Made by a program: the position numbers and the translations under genes. A stretch of DNA of 58,495 nucleotides, the filler included, from Asterionella formosa (lineage: Eukaryota): NCBI GenBank assembly GCA_002256025.1. It is 5 parts of 5 records of this genome, joined end to end, with 100 filler letters (N's around TTAATTAATTAA, not from the genome) between each part and the next. Parts side by side here need not be neighbours in the genome. Positions count along the whole stretch, not along the records: positions 35,174 to 46,787 come from NKIB01008302.1; 4 more parts are not named here. One strand, 5' to 3'. Positions 35,990 through 46,887 of the stretch are shown one piece after another. The stretch's first letter is position 1; each line of letters opens with the position of its first letter. Under the pieces are notes generated by a model. It had not been told where the DNA came from. It did not search any database and saw only the letters and a program-made list of their open reading frames with translations.

Positions 35990-38085
35990 TTGTACGACAA
36001 TGTTAACGCTTTACTGTACAGTATAATGTACTTGTTAGGGTTACAACTTTTGTCACAATCTGACTTACAACTCAACCTACAGTCAACAATCGTTCAAACA
36101 GTTATCCCAACGTTCAAACAATCGATTCTACATATGTATATCAAATCACGCAACGCATTTGACCAAACAAACGTAACTAACAAGCAGAAACTCTGTATGG
36201 AATCATTTGCCAAAATGACACTTTTTGACAATACTGCTACACTCACTACTATGGAATTCGACAAAGAACACAGCGTAGAGCCCAACCAACTCTCCAAATT
36301 AATTAATGATAAAATAAACAAAGCCACATTATCATTAAGGAAAGAGCTTGCTAAACTCATGGAAGCATCACCATCAAAAAACACATCAAGAGGGGCAACC
36401 AATAGTGTCAACACAACAGTCAAACATGGAAAGAAATCAACAAACAAAACAACCAAGACAACTTCCAGAAAGAAAACAGACCAAAGCGCCTCACAAAAAA
36501 AGAAAAAAACAACCAATCACAACAACATAACCATCAACTCCAAAAACAAAGCCGACGTTATAGACTCAGGTACCTCAACAGAGAACAAAAAACTGACAAA
36601 AAAGAAGAAGACGAAATAGCTAAGAAACATCATCATTGCACGATTTCAATTACAAAACACATCCATTACAACTTTGGATTCATCAGCAACCCAGAAAAAT
36701 CAATATCATACAACACAAAGAAACTTCTTCGAAACCTACCACCCTGGCTATATTTCTCAAGACCACAAAATATTGCATATCACAATCTCTCTACATCCTC
36801 TGAGAAAACCACATTTGGAATTAAATCACTTCTTGGACTTGGCCTCAATTTCTGTATAACGCCAAGATATTCACCCAAAAGTGAAACTATTGACTTCACA
36901 AGATTCAACCAGGACATGTTAATAAAGTTTTACTTCGCAGGTTCTGAACCATTACCTCCAACTAAACTTTTCATTCCCTCCAGTTGGATACCTCCTCATC
37001 ATGAAATCACTTCCGAATTCCGTGTCAGAATCAATACGTTCAAAAAAACACTTCCGACTCTTTTTCGACACAAACACAGTCGACATAACCTCTTACCTGC
37101 CTTCACAACAAAGGGCACTCGAATCACTAACAAACAATGAAAAACTCATTGTTTTCCGTTGCGATAAAAATCTTGGTCCAGCCATTATCGAACGCTCTCG
37201 ATATATTGACATGGCTTTCCGTGACCATCTTCTTAATAAAAATATCTATCGACAACTTTCAGAACAACAACCTGGAGGACGGATCAAGGCAATCACAAAC
37301 CTGATTACGAAGTTTACTCTTATGCACTTTAAACCAAAAGACACAGTATCAACGTTCCTTATCCGATCCCTACAAACAAAAGACCCATTTGCATACTTCT
37401 ACTTATTAGAAAAAATACATAAGACACCACTGACAACCCAGCCAATCATCAGTGTCAGCGGAAGTATTTGCCATGGGCTCAGCAAATGGACTGATGGTTG
37501 TCTCCAAAAAATTACCAAACATCTTCCATTTACCCTCTCAAGCTCCTTCAAGCTTGTCCATGATATTCCTGCCATTAATAATGTTTCAACAACCGCCACC
37601 TTATTTACTATGGACGCATTGGCTATGTACACCAACATAGACACCACACACGCACTTTCCAAGATCAATAAATTTCTACGCACAGACAGACCAGACATCT
37701 GCCTCAACGAAAACATTAATATTGATGCACTCATGAACGCACTCGAAATTATCATACGACACAACATCTTTAAATTTGGTGATACATACTGGCTCCAAAC
37801 ATCCGGCACAGCTATAGGCACACCTCCGGCACCAACATATGCCACTCTTTATTTCGCAATTCACGAAACAAAAATTATCCCTACGTTTCCGCAAATATCC
37901 TTCTACAAACGATATATTGACGATTGCTTTATAATCTGGGTCCCTACATCACCCACCCATATTGAAGATCAACATTCACACAACTTATTCATCAACTCAA
38001 TGAATACTTATGGCACGTTAAAATGGAATGCAGACCCATGAAGTTTATCAACAACCTTCTTGGATCTTACAATCTCTATTGATGG
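35990..38085 (+). mobile_element. Penelope-like retroelement: upstream basic ORF (to 36619) and decayed reverse transcriptase (~36650-38085), truncated by a Copia fragment
   Basis: Motifs LGLGLNFC, DKNLGPAI, KIHKTPLTTQPIIS.SGS, MDALAMYTNI, GTAIGTPPAP, RYIDD, and FLDLTI after an in-frame TGA. GIY-YIG region not present. Confidence 0.85.
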
Positions 38086-40125
38086 TTGTGATGGAATGAG
38101 GGGGATGTTTGCGTAGTGTATTTAAGGTTAGACCTGGAAAATTGACAAGATACCCATGGAGTAATGCGCTTTCCAAAGTGGAGATAACAGGAGAAAAGAG
38201 GGCCGCATGGGCAAAGGCAACAAGGGCTGGTGCATTGGGACTGCCAATGGCGGTAGCAGCGTAGTGGGTAGGTGTAGGCAATGGTGGATCAATAGTGGAG
38301 GTGGTGACATGCCATAATCGAGTGGTGGTGGAGCGATGGCCCTGAAGGATGCAATGACCATTTGATAAGACAGACATGTGTAGTTTGGTGAAGAGTACCT
38401 TGTAGCCAGAATCACATAGTTGTCCAATGCTCAATAAAGAGCAATTGTGTAGACTAGGGACAATGTGTACATGACGAGCAGCAGGTAAGAGCATAGGTAA
38501 AGATAATTTGGCCTCATGTGTAGATTTAACATGGTTGCTGTTAGGAAGTTGAATGGTGATAGGGTTGGTGGTAGGTCGTTTGTTGATGACAGGTAAATCA
38601 ACAGTGGCGTAATTGCCAGAACTACCAGAATCAGCAATGAGTGTGACGGGGGGACAAGTGATGGAAGATAAGTTTGTGTTAATAGTAATATCGACAGCAA
38701 CTTGCTCCCCTCCACATCAAGCAAGTGGTGAAGGTGGCGGTGAAACACGGGGTGGCCAGGTAGGACGGGTACCATCACTGAAAATACGAACGCTGCCACC
38801 CAGATGTCGATCAAGGGTGGCATTGAGTTGATGGCCAGAAGCTGGATGATTGCAAGTTGCACTGGTATGGTCAGGGTTTTTGGTAAGACCATGAGTCCAA
38901 CAATAGCCTAATTGGACATTGTTGTAAGTGTATCCAGAAGGGACAGCACAAGCAGCTGCAGCAATACCTGGCAATGGGGGAGGGCCAGCACTGGTTTGAA
39001 TGGCAGCATGGGCACCATGATAACCGGCAGTGGTGGCGGTGGCAAGGCGCAATCGTTCCTTATCAGCATGCATGAAATGTGGGCAAAAATTAACCCATGT
39101 AGTACGGTCCAGCTCAGCGCGATCACGCCAAGTTTGAATGCTATGAGAATATACACCAGCCTGTTCTAAAGCAGAAAGAGTCAATTGCATGACAGTACTG
39201 TCAGAGAAAGGTTCCCCACCAGCATTGGCAATGGCACAAAGATGTTTGATGTGGATCCATAAATGTTCAATAGGTTCCTCTAGTGTCCAAGCATCAGCCA
39301 AGCGCATGCGATTGAGTTCTAAATCATCCACACTCAATGTTGTATATGTAGATTCTAAGTGAGCAAGCAAGGTCAGAACAGTGATGTCTGCATATCCAAA
39401 TGTAGCATCTTCCAGAACGTTGTAGAAATTTGGGTCAATGGCTGTTAGAATTTGTTGTCGGAGAATTTCACGGATTTGGGAGTAACAGCGGAATGCGTCA
39501 AGGGAGGTCTCAAAGAGACGGTTGGCAGCAGTGATTTGGGAATGTGTTGCAGTAGCACTTTGTGGCGGCTGGATGTCGGGATGTTCGGGCGGTACAAAGG
39601 GTTCACCAGCACGTAAAAGATAAGGAGCAGCAGCCATGACAATACCAAGGAAACCATTGGCACCACCACCACTGGTACAGTGGACAGAGCGAGCGTTGGC
39701 AAAGAGTTCCTTGCGAAGGCGGGTTACAGTGAAGGCTGTAGGTTTGCCCTCGATCGGCATCAAGAGCGGATGAGGGAATGGGAAAACAGCGGAAACGATT
39801 GGAGTCGTCATGGTGGAAGAAGGCCTGAGAGACAGGGACAGCAAACGGGCAAGCGGTGCTGGATGGTTGATTGTTGAGACCAGTGCTGGTTTGCACTGTC
39901 GACAAGAGCCGCAACGTCACAGGTGCGGACAAGAGAGAGAGAACAGATATTGTAGTTCTGTTGAGGGGAACCTTGTCGTGAATAAAGATGAACTACAATA
40001 TTATGACTATTCTGTTGCTGTTCCAAGTACATCATTGTTAGCACTCATGTATGTACCTAATCTGGTGGCTGCGCCAGTATGGTTCGTACGGCGCATGTAT
40101 GGAGCATCATATCTAGATATTAACA
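38085..40125 (-). mobile_element. Ty1/Copia LTR retrotransposon of the diatom CoDi type, 5' portion: LTR 39959-40125, gag 38717-39811, protease and pre-integrase region 38085-38716
   Basis: LTR TGTTAATATC...CCCCTCAACA. Gag GGG.NG.LG and YCWTHG...HTSATC; protease ADSGSSGNY and LLSIGQLCD; HAALFSP...FPGLT. Confidence 0.9.
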
Positions 40126-40233
40126 ACTATGATTCTTTGTGTAGAGACTATGATTCGTCACTTCCACTTATCAATGCTTCTGCAATGGTATCACCTGGTA
40201 CTCGGAGTGCAGCTAGTAATCAGTACCACGTCC

Positions 40234-40440
40234 CTGGTACGGAGTATATAACAGGTACTCTGATAGCTCGGAGCTTCGGAGTACTTGAGGAAGTCTCGAG
40301 TACCAGTACAGCTGGTACGGCGGAATATGTACCTGATAGCTGGTACGGAGTATGTAACAGGTACTCTGATACTTCGGAGCTTCGGAGTACTTGAGGAAGT
40401 CTCGAGTACCGGTACAGCTGGCACAGCGGAATATGTACCG
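40234..40440. repeat. Tandem duplication, two copies of ~106 bp
   Basis: ctggtacggagtat.taacaggtactctgata..tcggagcttcggagtacttgaggaagtctcgagtacc occurs at 40234 and 40340. Confidence 0.9.
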
Positions 40441-41609
40441 GGTACCTGGTACCTTGTACGCAGTGATAATTAAGTAAGTAGTGTAGCCTATGCACTGTAC
40501 GGAAGCTTGGTATGCTTACTGTACGTGGATGGTGCTGTGGATGGGACGATCAGCGATTCGGTTGTACAATGAAGTAGATTGCACTACGTAGGTTTGTACG
40601 GTCGAAATTGCTATGACGAAAACACAAGTGATAACTTGCTCAATATATTTGTCCACTCCGCCCTAATATGTATCAATGAACGTGGATGGTCTATCCAGAT
40701 ACCAAGGATGCCAGTCACAGTGAAATGATTGATTTTCGTATCACAATTTCGCTGTAGCAATAACAGTGAGGAAACGAAAAACGAAAAAGCAAGTACGATG
40801 ATTGTCCTTGGTGCTTCTGGTTCACAAGTGAACCGCACGACACCCAGTTAGATAAACCCCGTAGCCGGCAACTATCGATGTACTGTAGATCAATAGTGCA
40901 ACAAAGTAGTGCGTAGGTTTGCGATTACGAACGACGATCACCACCTAGTGTAATTATTCCGTAGCGGAAGATCTGACTCAACGAGAACGAACTACCGGAG
41001 TAGTGTATTGTGGTAACTGGTAAACAGTACTTATGAAACACTCGTGCACAGATGATCGTTTACAGTACAGTATTTTCGTAGCCAAAATAGTGTGAAGATA
41101 TGAAAACGATTCACGACGAAAAAGAAAAACGCCGTTGACGATGTGTTGCGAATGAAAAGCAGGCAACCTTTGAATGCCAAATAGCACTCTTTTGATAAAG
41201 ATTACTCAATACACTTGTCTACTTCTGCTGTTTAGTGTAGTATATAGATAAACAGATGTAGCAGCCAAATGAATGATGCGACAACAATCGAAAGCGAACG
41301 AGATTTTTCGATCGGCGCCGACAGTGAGATCGAATTAACAATCAACAATTTCGTTTCTTTCAAGGAAACAGCTTGGGCTCATAACCTGCAGTGAAAGAGG
41401 GGACGAGAGAGATCGACGAGGTCGATGAACGAGGAGACGATAGAGGAGGGGAGTCCGATAACTAACCTGACAAGCTCAAAAGGAGATTGGAAGGTGTGTT
41501 TGTTAAAAGAGTGATTAGATTAAGTTGATATAGAAGAACGATGATTTAAATAAGATGCATAGGTACTGTCAGACAAACAGACACAGACATATACTGACAC
41601 GTCATGTAA

Positions 41610-42605
41610 AGAGGTGATTCACAACATCGAACTCTATTGAAGATGGCTCAGCATGCCCTGCTGAATTGGAAGAAGGCCTTAGCATTTGGGTCGCGATCTT
41701 TACTCCCTGATGGGACTTTGCCTTCCGGGAACAATGTTGAAGACTATGACAACCATGTATTAAACCATATGTTTCGATATCTGAAGGGTCGAACCAGCTA
41801 CAGCGACCCAGCTAATGATGAGGATGATGATGATGATGAGGAGGAGGAGGAGGAGGAAATCTTGGGTGCTGCTGTGGCATTGAATGATGATGTTGGGATG
41901 CCTGTGGATTATTATTTTCATGGCTGGATTGGATTCAAATTGTTTGGACCATTTGCTAGAGATAAGTTCAAGTCTATTCTCTTGCTAACAAAAAATTGTG
42001 TCTTTGAGAATGGCAAGAAAGATTCAGCAGGCCGTGCATCAGCTAGAAAATTGGTTGCAGAAGAATGAAGTTTCAGTCGTTCTTCTGATATGTCAATTGA
42101 TTGCTCCATTGGAAGCAGAGGCAAGCTGAAAGTCGAGGACGCAGCAAAACTGGCTTTATCAAAAGATTTGATTCACAATTCAATTGTGGGAAATGCATTG
42201 TTTGGTCTGAGTCAATCTGCTGCATGCACTCGTGATCGGATAAAAGGTCTTCTGCAACAACAAGCTAGATACCCATTGGAACATATAATGTTTGCAAACA
42301 TCCAAACCAAGCTTGATATTTTAGATGGAAAACTGGAATCTATTACAAATCAGATTGACAGTCTGTCTTCTCAGAGAACCAGAAAACGTGAAAACATTGT
42401 GAATGAGTATTACTCAAAGAAGAGTAGATTCATGTCATCATCAAGTCCATTGTCAGATGATATTCCCAGCTCAAGCCCCTTCTCACCTGTGAATGACTTG
42501 GGTATATTAAGTATGACTACTAAAAATCAGCAACTAGGTGACATTATCTCGCCTGTTGCAAGGCGAGATCCAATTGGCAATTTGGATGACTTCGTCTATG
42601 AATGA
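41610..42605 (+). pseudogene. Probable Harbinger ORF1 (Myb/SANT-associated accessory protein), with one internal TGA and the 5' part missing
   Basis: ORFs 41637-42068 and 42090-42605 are in the same frame. LPSG motif, acidic tract and coiled-coil C-terminus. Convergent with the Harbinger transposase. Confidence 0.55.
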
Positions 42606-42720
42606 AAAATGCGTTAGGCCTTCTAACACTTTTGCTTAATTGTCGACTACCCCACTAAATAAATACATATGGAATACAACATTATAAAAAAATTCAATTA
42701 CATAAAATTGTGAAATTAGA

Positions 42721-43995
42721 TTATAAATTAGACCACCCTGTTCCGTCATGTTGCAATAAGAATGACGAAAATTTCTGGTTACGACCGCATATTGATCCAT
42801 CAGTGTGTATGTTGTTATCTTGTCGTTTCAGTTTGGCGACAGTGTGTCCATTTCTTTGTTTTATAGCTGGCGATAAATAGAAATGAATCCGAAGAGCACC
42901 ATTTTTTTACTATTATCCAAAGCTCCTCCATGGACTATATCTCCACGCATGAGAAAGATGAATTTGAATGGTGTGGACAAATGTATTGCATGTTTCTCAT
43001 CTGCACAGTTATCCCATATATTTAATCAATTCGCTCCTAAAGACAACGACATTATCATTCCCCAAGGCATAGGTGTTTCCCTTTCGCATTCTGTTGGTGT
43101 ATAATCTTGATGTGGTTTCTGAGGTTTTGGGTAGCCATTCTTTCCAGAATTGGTGAACAACACAGTGGCAGTGTGCGGTATAACTCTGTCATTATTGCTG
43201 GAGACATCATTGGAACCTGGTAGTAACAATGACTTTATCATATGCCAAAATGGTTTTACATTTGGCAGATCCAGCTTTGAATATTTTAAGCTGTCAGTAT
43301 AATTCTTGAAAGGAAACACTGACTTGCATGGCTTTTCCTTCCATAGTATTTGCAAGTTCTTTGTATTATGCAGTTGTTTTGAATGTTTGTTTCAACAAAT
43401 GAAGAGGAGGGTTATAGATTTTCTCAGAAGTACAAAAAGATTTTGCCACATGTAAAAATGGATCGTCTTTTTCTTCTGTTCCAAAAAACTCATCTGGAAG
43501 GAAAGATAGATTGAGGAAAAACACGCGTTCTTGTTCATTTCCGTCGATAACATAAAGGAAGTTATCTGTTCTCAGAACTGTTTTGATTAGCCGTAATGAA
43601 TCAGTGATGAAACATAGGAAGTCTTTTATCTCTGCTGCATTTGGCGGCATATTTTTGTCTTTCTTCCATAAAATCATCGCTGGTCCTATATGATTCCGAA
43701 ATTTCCTTGAAGTTCCAAATGATGTTTTGTTAAACAAGCCAGACTCTAGGACTATATAGAACTGGTTGAGAACAAAATCCAGGACATTGTCATCTAGCCT
43801 CGTCTCCTTGCCTTTGTCATCATGATCAAAGTATCTAACCAGTAAGAGTCGTTCCTTACTTTTCCGTTGTCTCTTGAACAGACATGAAATGCGCCATAGT
43901 AGAAACACGTTTTTCCTGATTGAACAATCTGCAATCGATACCCCCTTCACAACCATTATCTTTCCATTCCTTGTAGCACTCGGAACATTTGACAT
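42721..43995 (-). pseudogene. 2OG-Fe(II) dioxygenase (PhyH-like double-stranded beta-helix) gene with two frameshifts and one TGA
   Basis: Manual translation beyond the ORF track: PQKPHQDY (HxD)...GAN*LNIWD...LMRGDIVHGG (distal His)...[frameshift in A-run]NGALRIHFYL (2OG-binding Arg)...stop at 42721-42723. Confidence 0.72.
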
Positions 43996-44177
43996 TCCGC
44001 CCAGATAACAAAAGATATATTGCACTATCGATAGCGTGCGAAAGTCAAGAGAAACAAGGAAGCAGAAAGGGATAATGGTCTGTCAACAAAGGATGCATTA
44101 AACAGTGGGCGAGTGCTGGATCAGAAGCAATGCAGCACCGACATACTCAGTAATATACATTAGATTGGTAGCGCAAA

Positions 44178-44402
44178 GCTACAGTTTCATAGTACCAGTG
44201 TAGTAATAGGTATAGTTTCTTAGTACATGTGTCATGTTCTGACCGGGTATTGAAACAAGGGGAAGAAGGGAATGCTGGTAGGGCAAACCTACAGTCTCAT
44301 AGTACTAACGTAGCAATAGGTACAGTTTCACAGTTTCACAGTTTCACAGTAGCCACATCATGTTCTGACCGGGTATTGAAACAAGGGGATGATAGGAATG
44401 CG
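44178..44402. repeat. Two diverged ~110-bp tandem copies between the transposase and the dioxygenase gene
   Basis: tcatgttctgaccgggtattgaaacaagggga occurs twice, together with cagtttca mini-repeats. Confidence 0.85.
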
Positions 44403-44496
44403 GAAATTTTATTCGCAGATGTTGGTGCCCAGTAATCTAATTTAGTTCATGCTCATACTAATTTTCTTTTAGTTTCTAAATAGATAATTGTATAGT

Positions 44497-46558
44497 TTAG
44501 GGATGATCATTTACATTACGACGTGATGGCCAAACAATCTTGTTTTGTTTCCATAAAATATCAAAATGTTCAATGAGTTTACTCTTGAAGAACTGTAAAC
44601 TTAAATGCTGGACCACTTGAACTGTATCAACATTCTTTGTTAGCACTTCAATATTGAAGTTGTCCTTTGGATCTGGCACTAAATTGCGAATTGCATCAGG
44701 AATTTGTCCATCACCATCATTACCAGGACCCATTCCAGAGGTATCAATTGTTCGCAAACTGACTAATCCAAGTACTGTCGGTCTTGCAACTGCATTTAGC
44801 CTTTGAATAGCAAAAGGTGCTTCAGCTCCGTTTAATTGGCCTAATGGTCCTCTCCAGTCACTTAAAACACCATTTTGCCATTGCAGGTCTAAGCCATCAA
44901 TATCAAGTAACATGTTATGAAATGCACATTATGTTAGCTAGACCTTGTCAGGTTCTGTTACTCCATGTATTCGGATGCCTGATTTTAAAATCCGCCAGCA
45001 TCCCTTGAGTATTCCAAAGGTACATTCCACATCTTTTCTAAAAGACTCCAGCCATTCAGACCATCTAAGTTCTTGTTCAGTTTCTGGGTTTTTGGTTGGA
45101 GGCACTGTTGTAGACCATTTTAGATATCCATCGTCAACTATCAAAAAGCATCCACTATACTTTATGGATAGAACTGCTCCATTTCGATCTTTTTCTTTAA
45201 GCTCAAACTCCACATCTTTTAAGGCATCTGCACCATTCTGGATGCCTCGAGCAAAAGTATCAAAGTTGATTAATGTTTTATCATTCCATCGACAAGGATG
45301 CCCTGTGGTACTAGACAGGATTCTCCGGCGATGATTCACAGTAGCATTATAAGTCCTGGCTGTACAAGGAATTTTTGATGATAAATGCTGGTTCCAAAGC
45401 TGATTGAAGCATCACTCTTTTGACACATGTGTAGCATCTGTGGACCCAAGACATCCAGGGAAACCTGCCTGTGTCATTTCAAACATGTGATGCTCTGCTT
45501 CCAATGGGTTTGTTGGAGTTCTAACATATTTTTTGTAAAAGGATGGTACTTCCAACTTCAATAAAGGCATGGAAGAATTGCCTGTGGATCTCTTGACTGA
45601 TACCAGTATTCTCCTCAATGTCATCAAAAGTCCATCCTCTCCCTAGGTACCTGAATGCTCCTAAAACCATAAGTTCAAGGGGTGATGATGCCCTTCCTGT
45701 TGCATTAGGTCGAGTCCAGCGAGGAAACCAATTTGAATCTCTAGCATCAACAACAAATTGGAGGAACTGGTTGTGTGGTAGTCGAAATCTGCGGCGGAAT
45801 TTCTTTTGAAATGACAATGATTCAACTGCTGGTCTGGAAATGTATAGTATATACCAGTTTAACATCATCACAGGAGTTATCATTTGAATTAGCCCTTTGT
45901 CATTGACGTATTCACAGACCTTGTTCTTTCCTTTCACTCTAACTCTTGGAGGTAGAGGCACATTGTTAAGATTTTGTATTTCTGGAGTGGGCATGAGTAG
46001 AGTTCTTCCGAAATCAGACAAAAACTAAAGATACTGGAAGTATTTCTCTGGTTCTACCTCACCATTAGCATCTAGACATTGTACAATGTTATGTGGGCGA
46101 TGGTCACATGAATCCATGAGTGCCATGTTGGTGAAATGTGGGTTTGATGACATGTTGATTGTGGAGAAATCCGAGATGATTTGTTGTTCTTGCTGTTGTT
46201 GTTCTCGACAGTGTGGTCCCCTGGTACCTGGTACCAGAGTACCGTATAGCTATTGTTGTATCTATGTATGCTATACTGGTAAATGATGCGTCCTATATGT
46301 ACTGATTCTACGATGATAATAATTGGGTTTCTAGTGAATACATTCAAAGTAGTCAATATGGAATCCTACGTTTGGGTAACTTTGGGAAAAAAAACCTAAA
46401 CGTAATGCGTTTGGGTAAATTATTGGGATATGGGCACGGAATCTCCTAAACGTAATGCGTTTGCGTTGGGGTTTTCACTCCCGTTAGCATCGTTTTTTAG
46501 GGTTACCGAAACCAAAACACTGTTTGGTTTGCGTTTTGGTCCACCGTTAGCAACGGCC
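44497..46558 (-). mobile_element. PIF/Harbinger transposase pseudogene (44497-46153) with subterminal repeats and a TIR ending at 46558
   Basis: Motifs KFRRRFRLP, GFPGCLGSTDATHV, LIVDDGY and ESFRKDVECTFGILK (DDE). Terminus CCACCGTTAGCAACGGCC|TAA. cctaaacgtaatgcgtttg is repeated nearby. Confidence 0.9.
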
Positions 46559-46561
46559 TAA

Positions 46562-46787
46562 CTCCGTAACTAAAAGAAGTCCCGATGACATGTTCTACGG
46601 CGAAATGAATCCAAGAAGGCCCTACAAGTTATACAAGCAATTTGGGCGCGTAGGCTGGGATACTACAAGACACGGCATTAAGAAATTAGACGCACGTTCT
46701 TTCAAGTGTGTCTTTTTGGGTTATTCGGAGGACCACTCCCAAGATACGTATCGTATGTATAATCATGAGACTAACACTGTAATCAAT
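46562..46787 (+). mobile_element. Copia integrase C-terminal (SH3-like) fragment; target of the Harbinger insertion
   Basis: KKLDARSFKCVFLGYS..H..DTYRMYN is the canonical Copia post-integrase motif. Confidence 0.85.
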
Positions 46788-46887
46788 NNNNNNNNNNNNN
46801 NNNNNNNNNNNNNNNNNNNNNNNNNNNNNNNTTAATTAATTAANNNNNNNNNNNNNNNNNNNNNNNNNNNNNNNNNNNNNNNNNNNN
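46788..46887. other. Artificial contig linker
   Basis: N44-TTAATTAATTAA-N44. Confidence 0.98.

Noticed and set aside
35500..36700. Hammerhead ribozyme associated with the Penelope-like element
   Set aside because: No CTGANGA...GAAA core with supporting stems found by eye on either strand.
39810..40495. 194-aa ORF and neighbouring ORFs
   Set aside because: They span the Copia leader and LTR in antisense plus a 106-bp tandem duplication; chance open frames.
42721..43130. Assignment of the dioxygenase to TET/JBP
   Set aside because: The motif context (Q.PH.D, RGD.VHGG, R.HFY) fits PhyH-like enzymes better; a profile search is needed before naming it.
41637..45627. Alternative genetic code (TGA as a sense codon)
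   Set aside because: Internal TGAs occur only in TE-derived sequences that also carry frameshifts and other stop codons, while the long host ORFs have no internal TGA.
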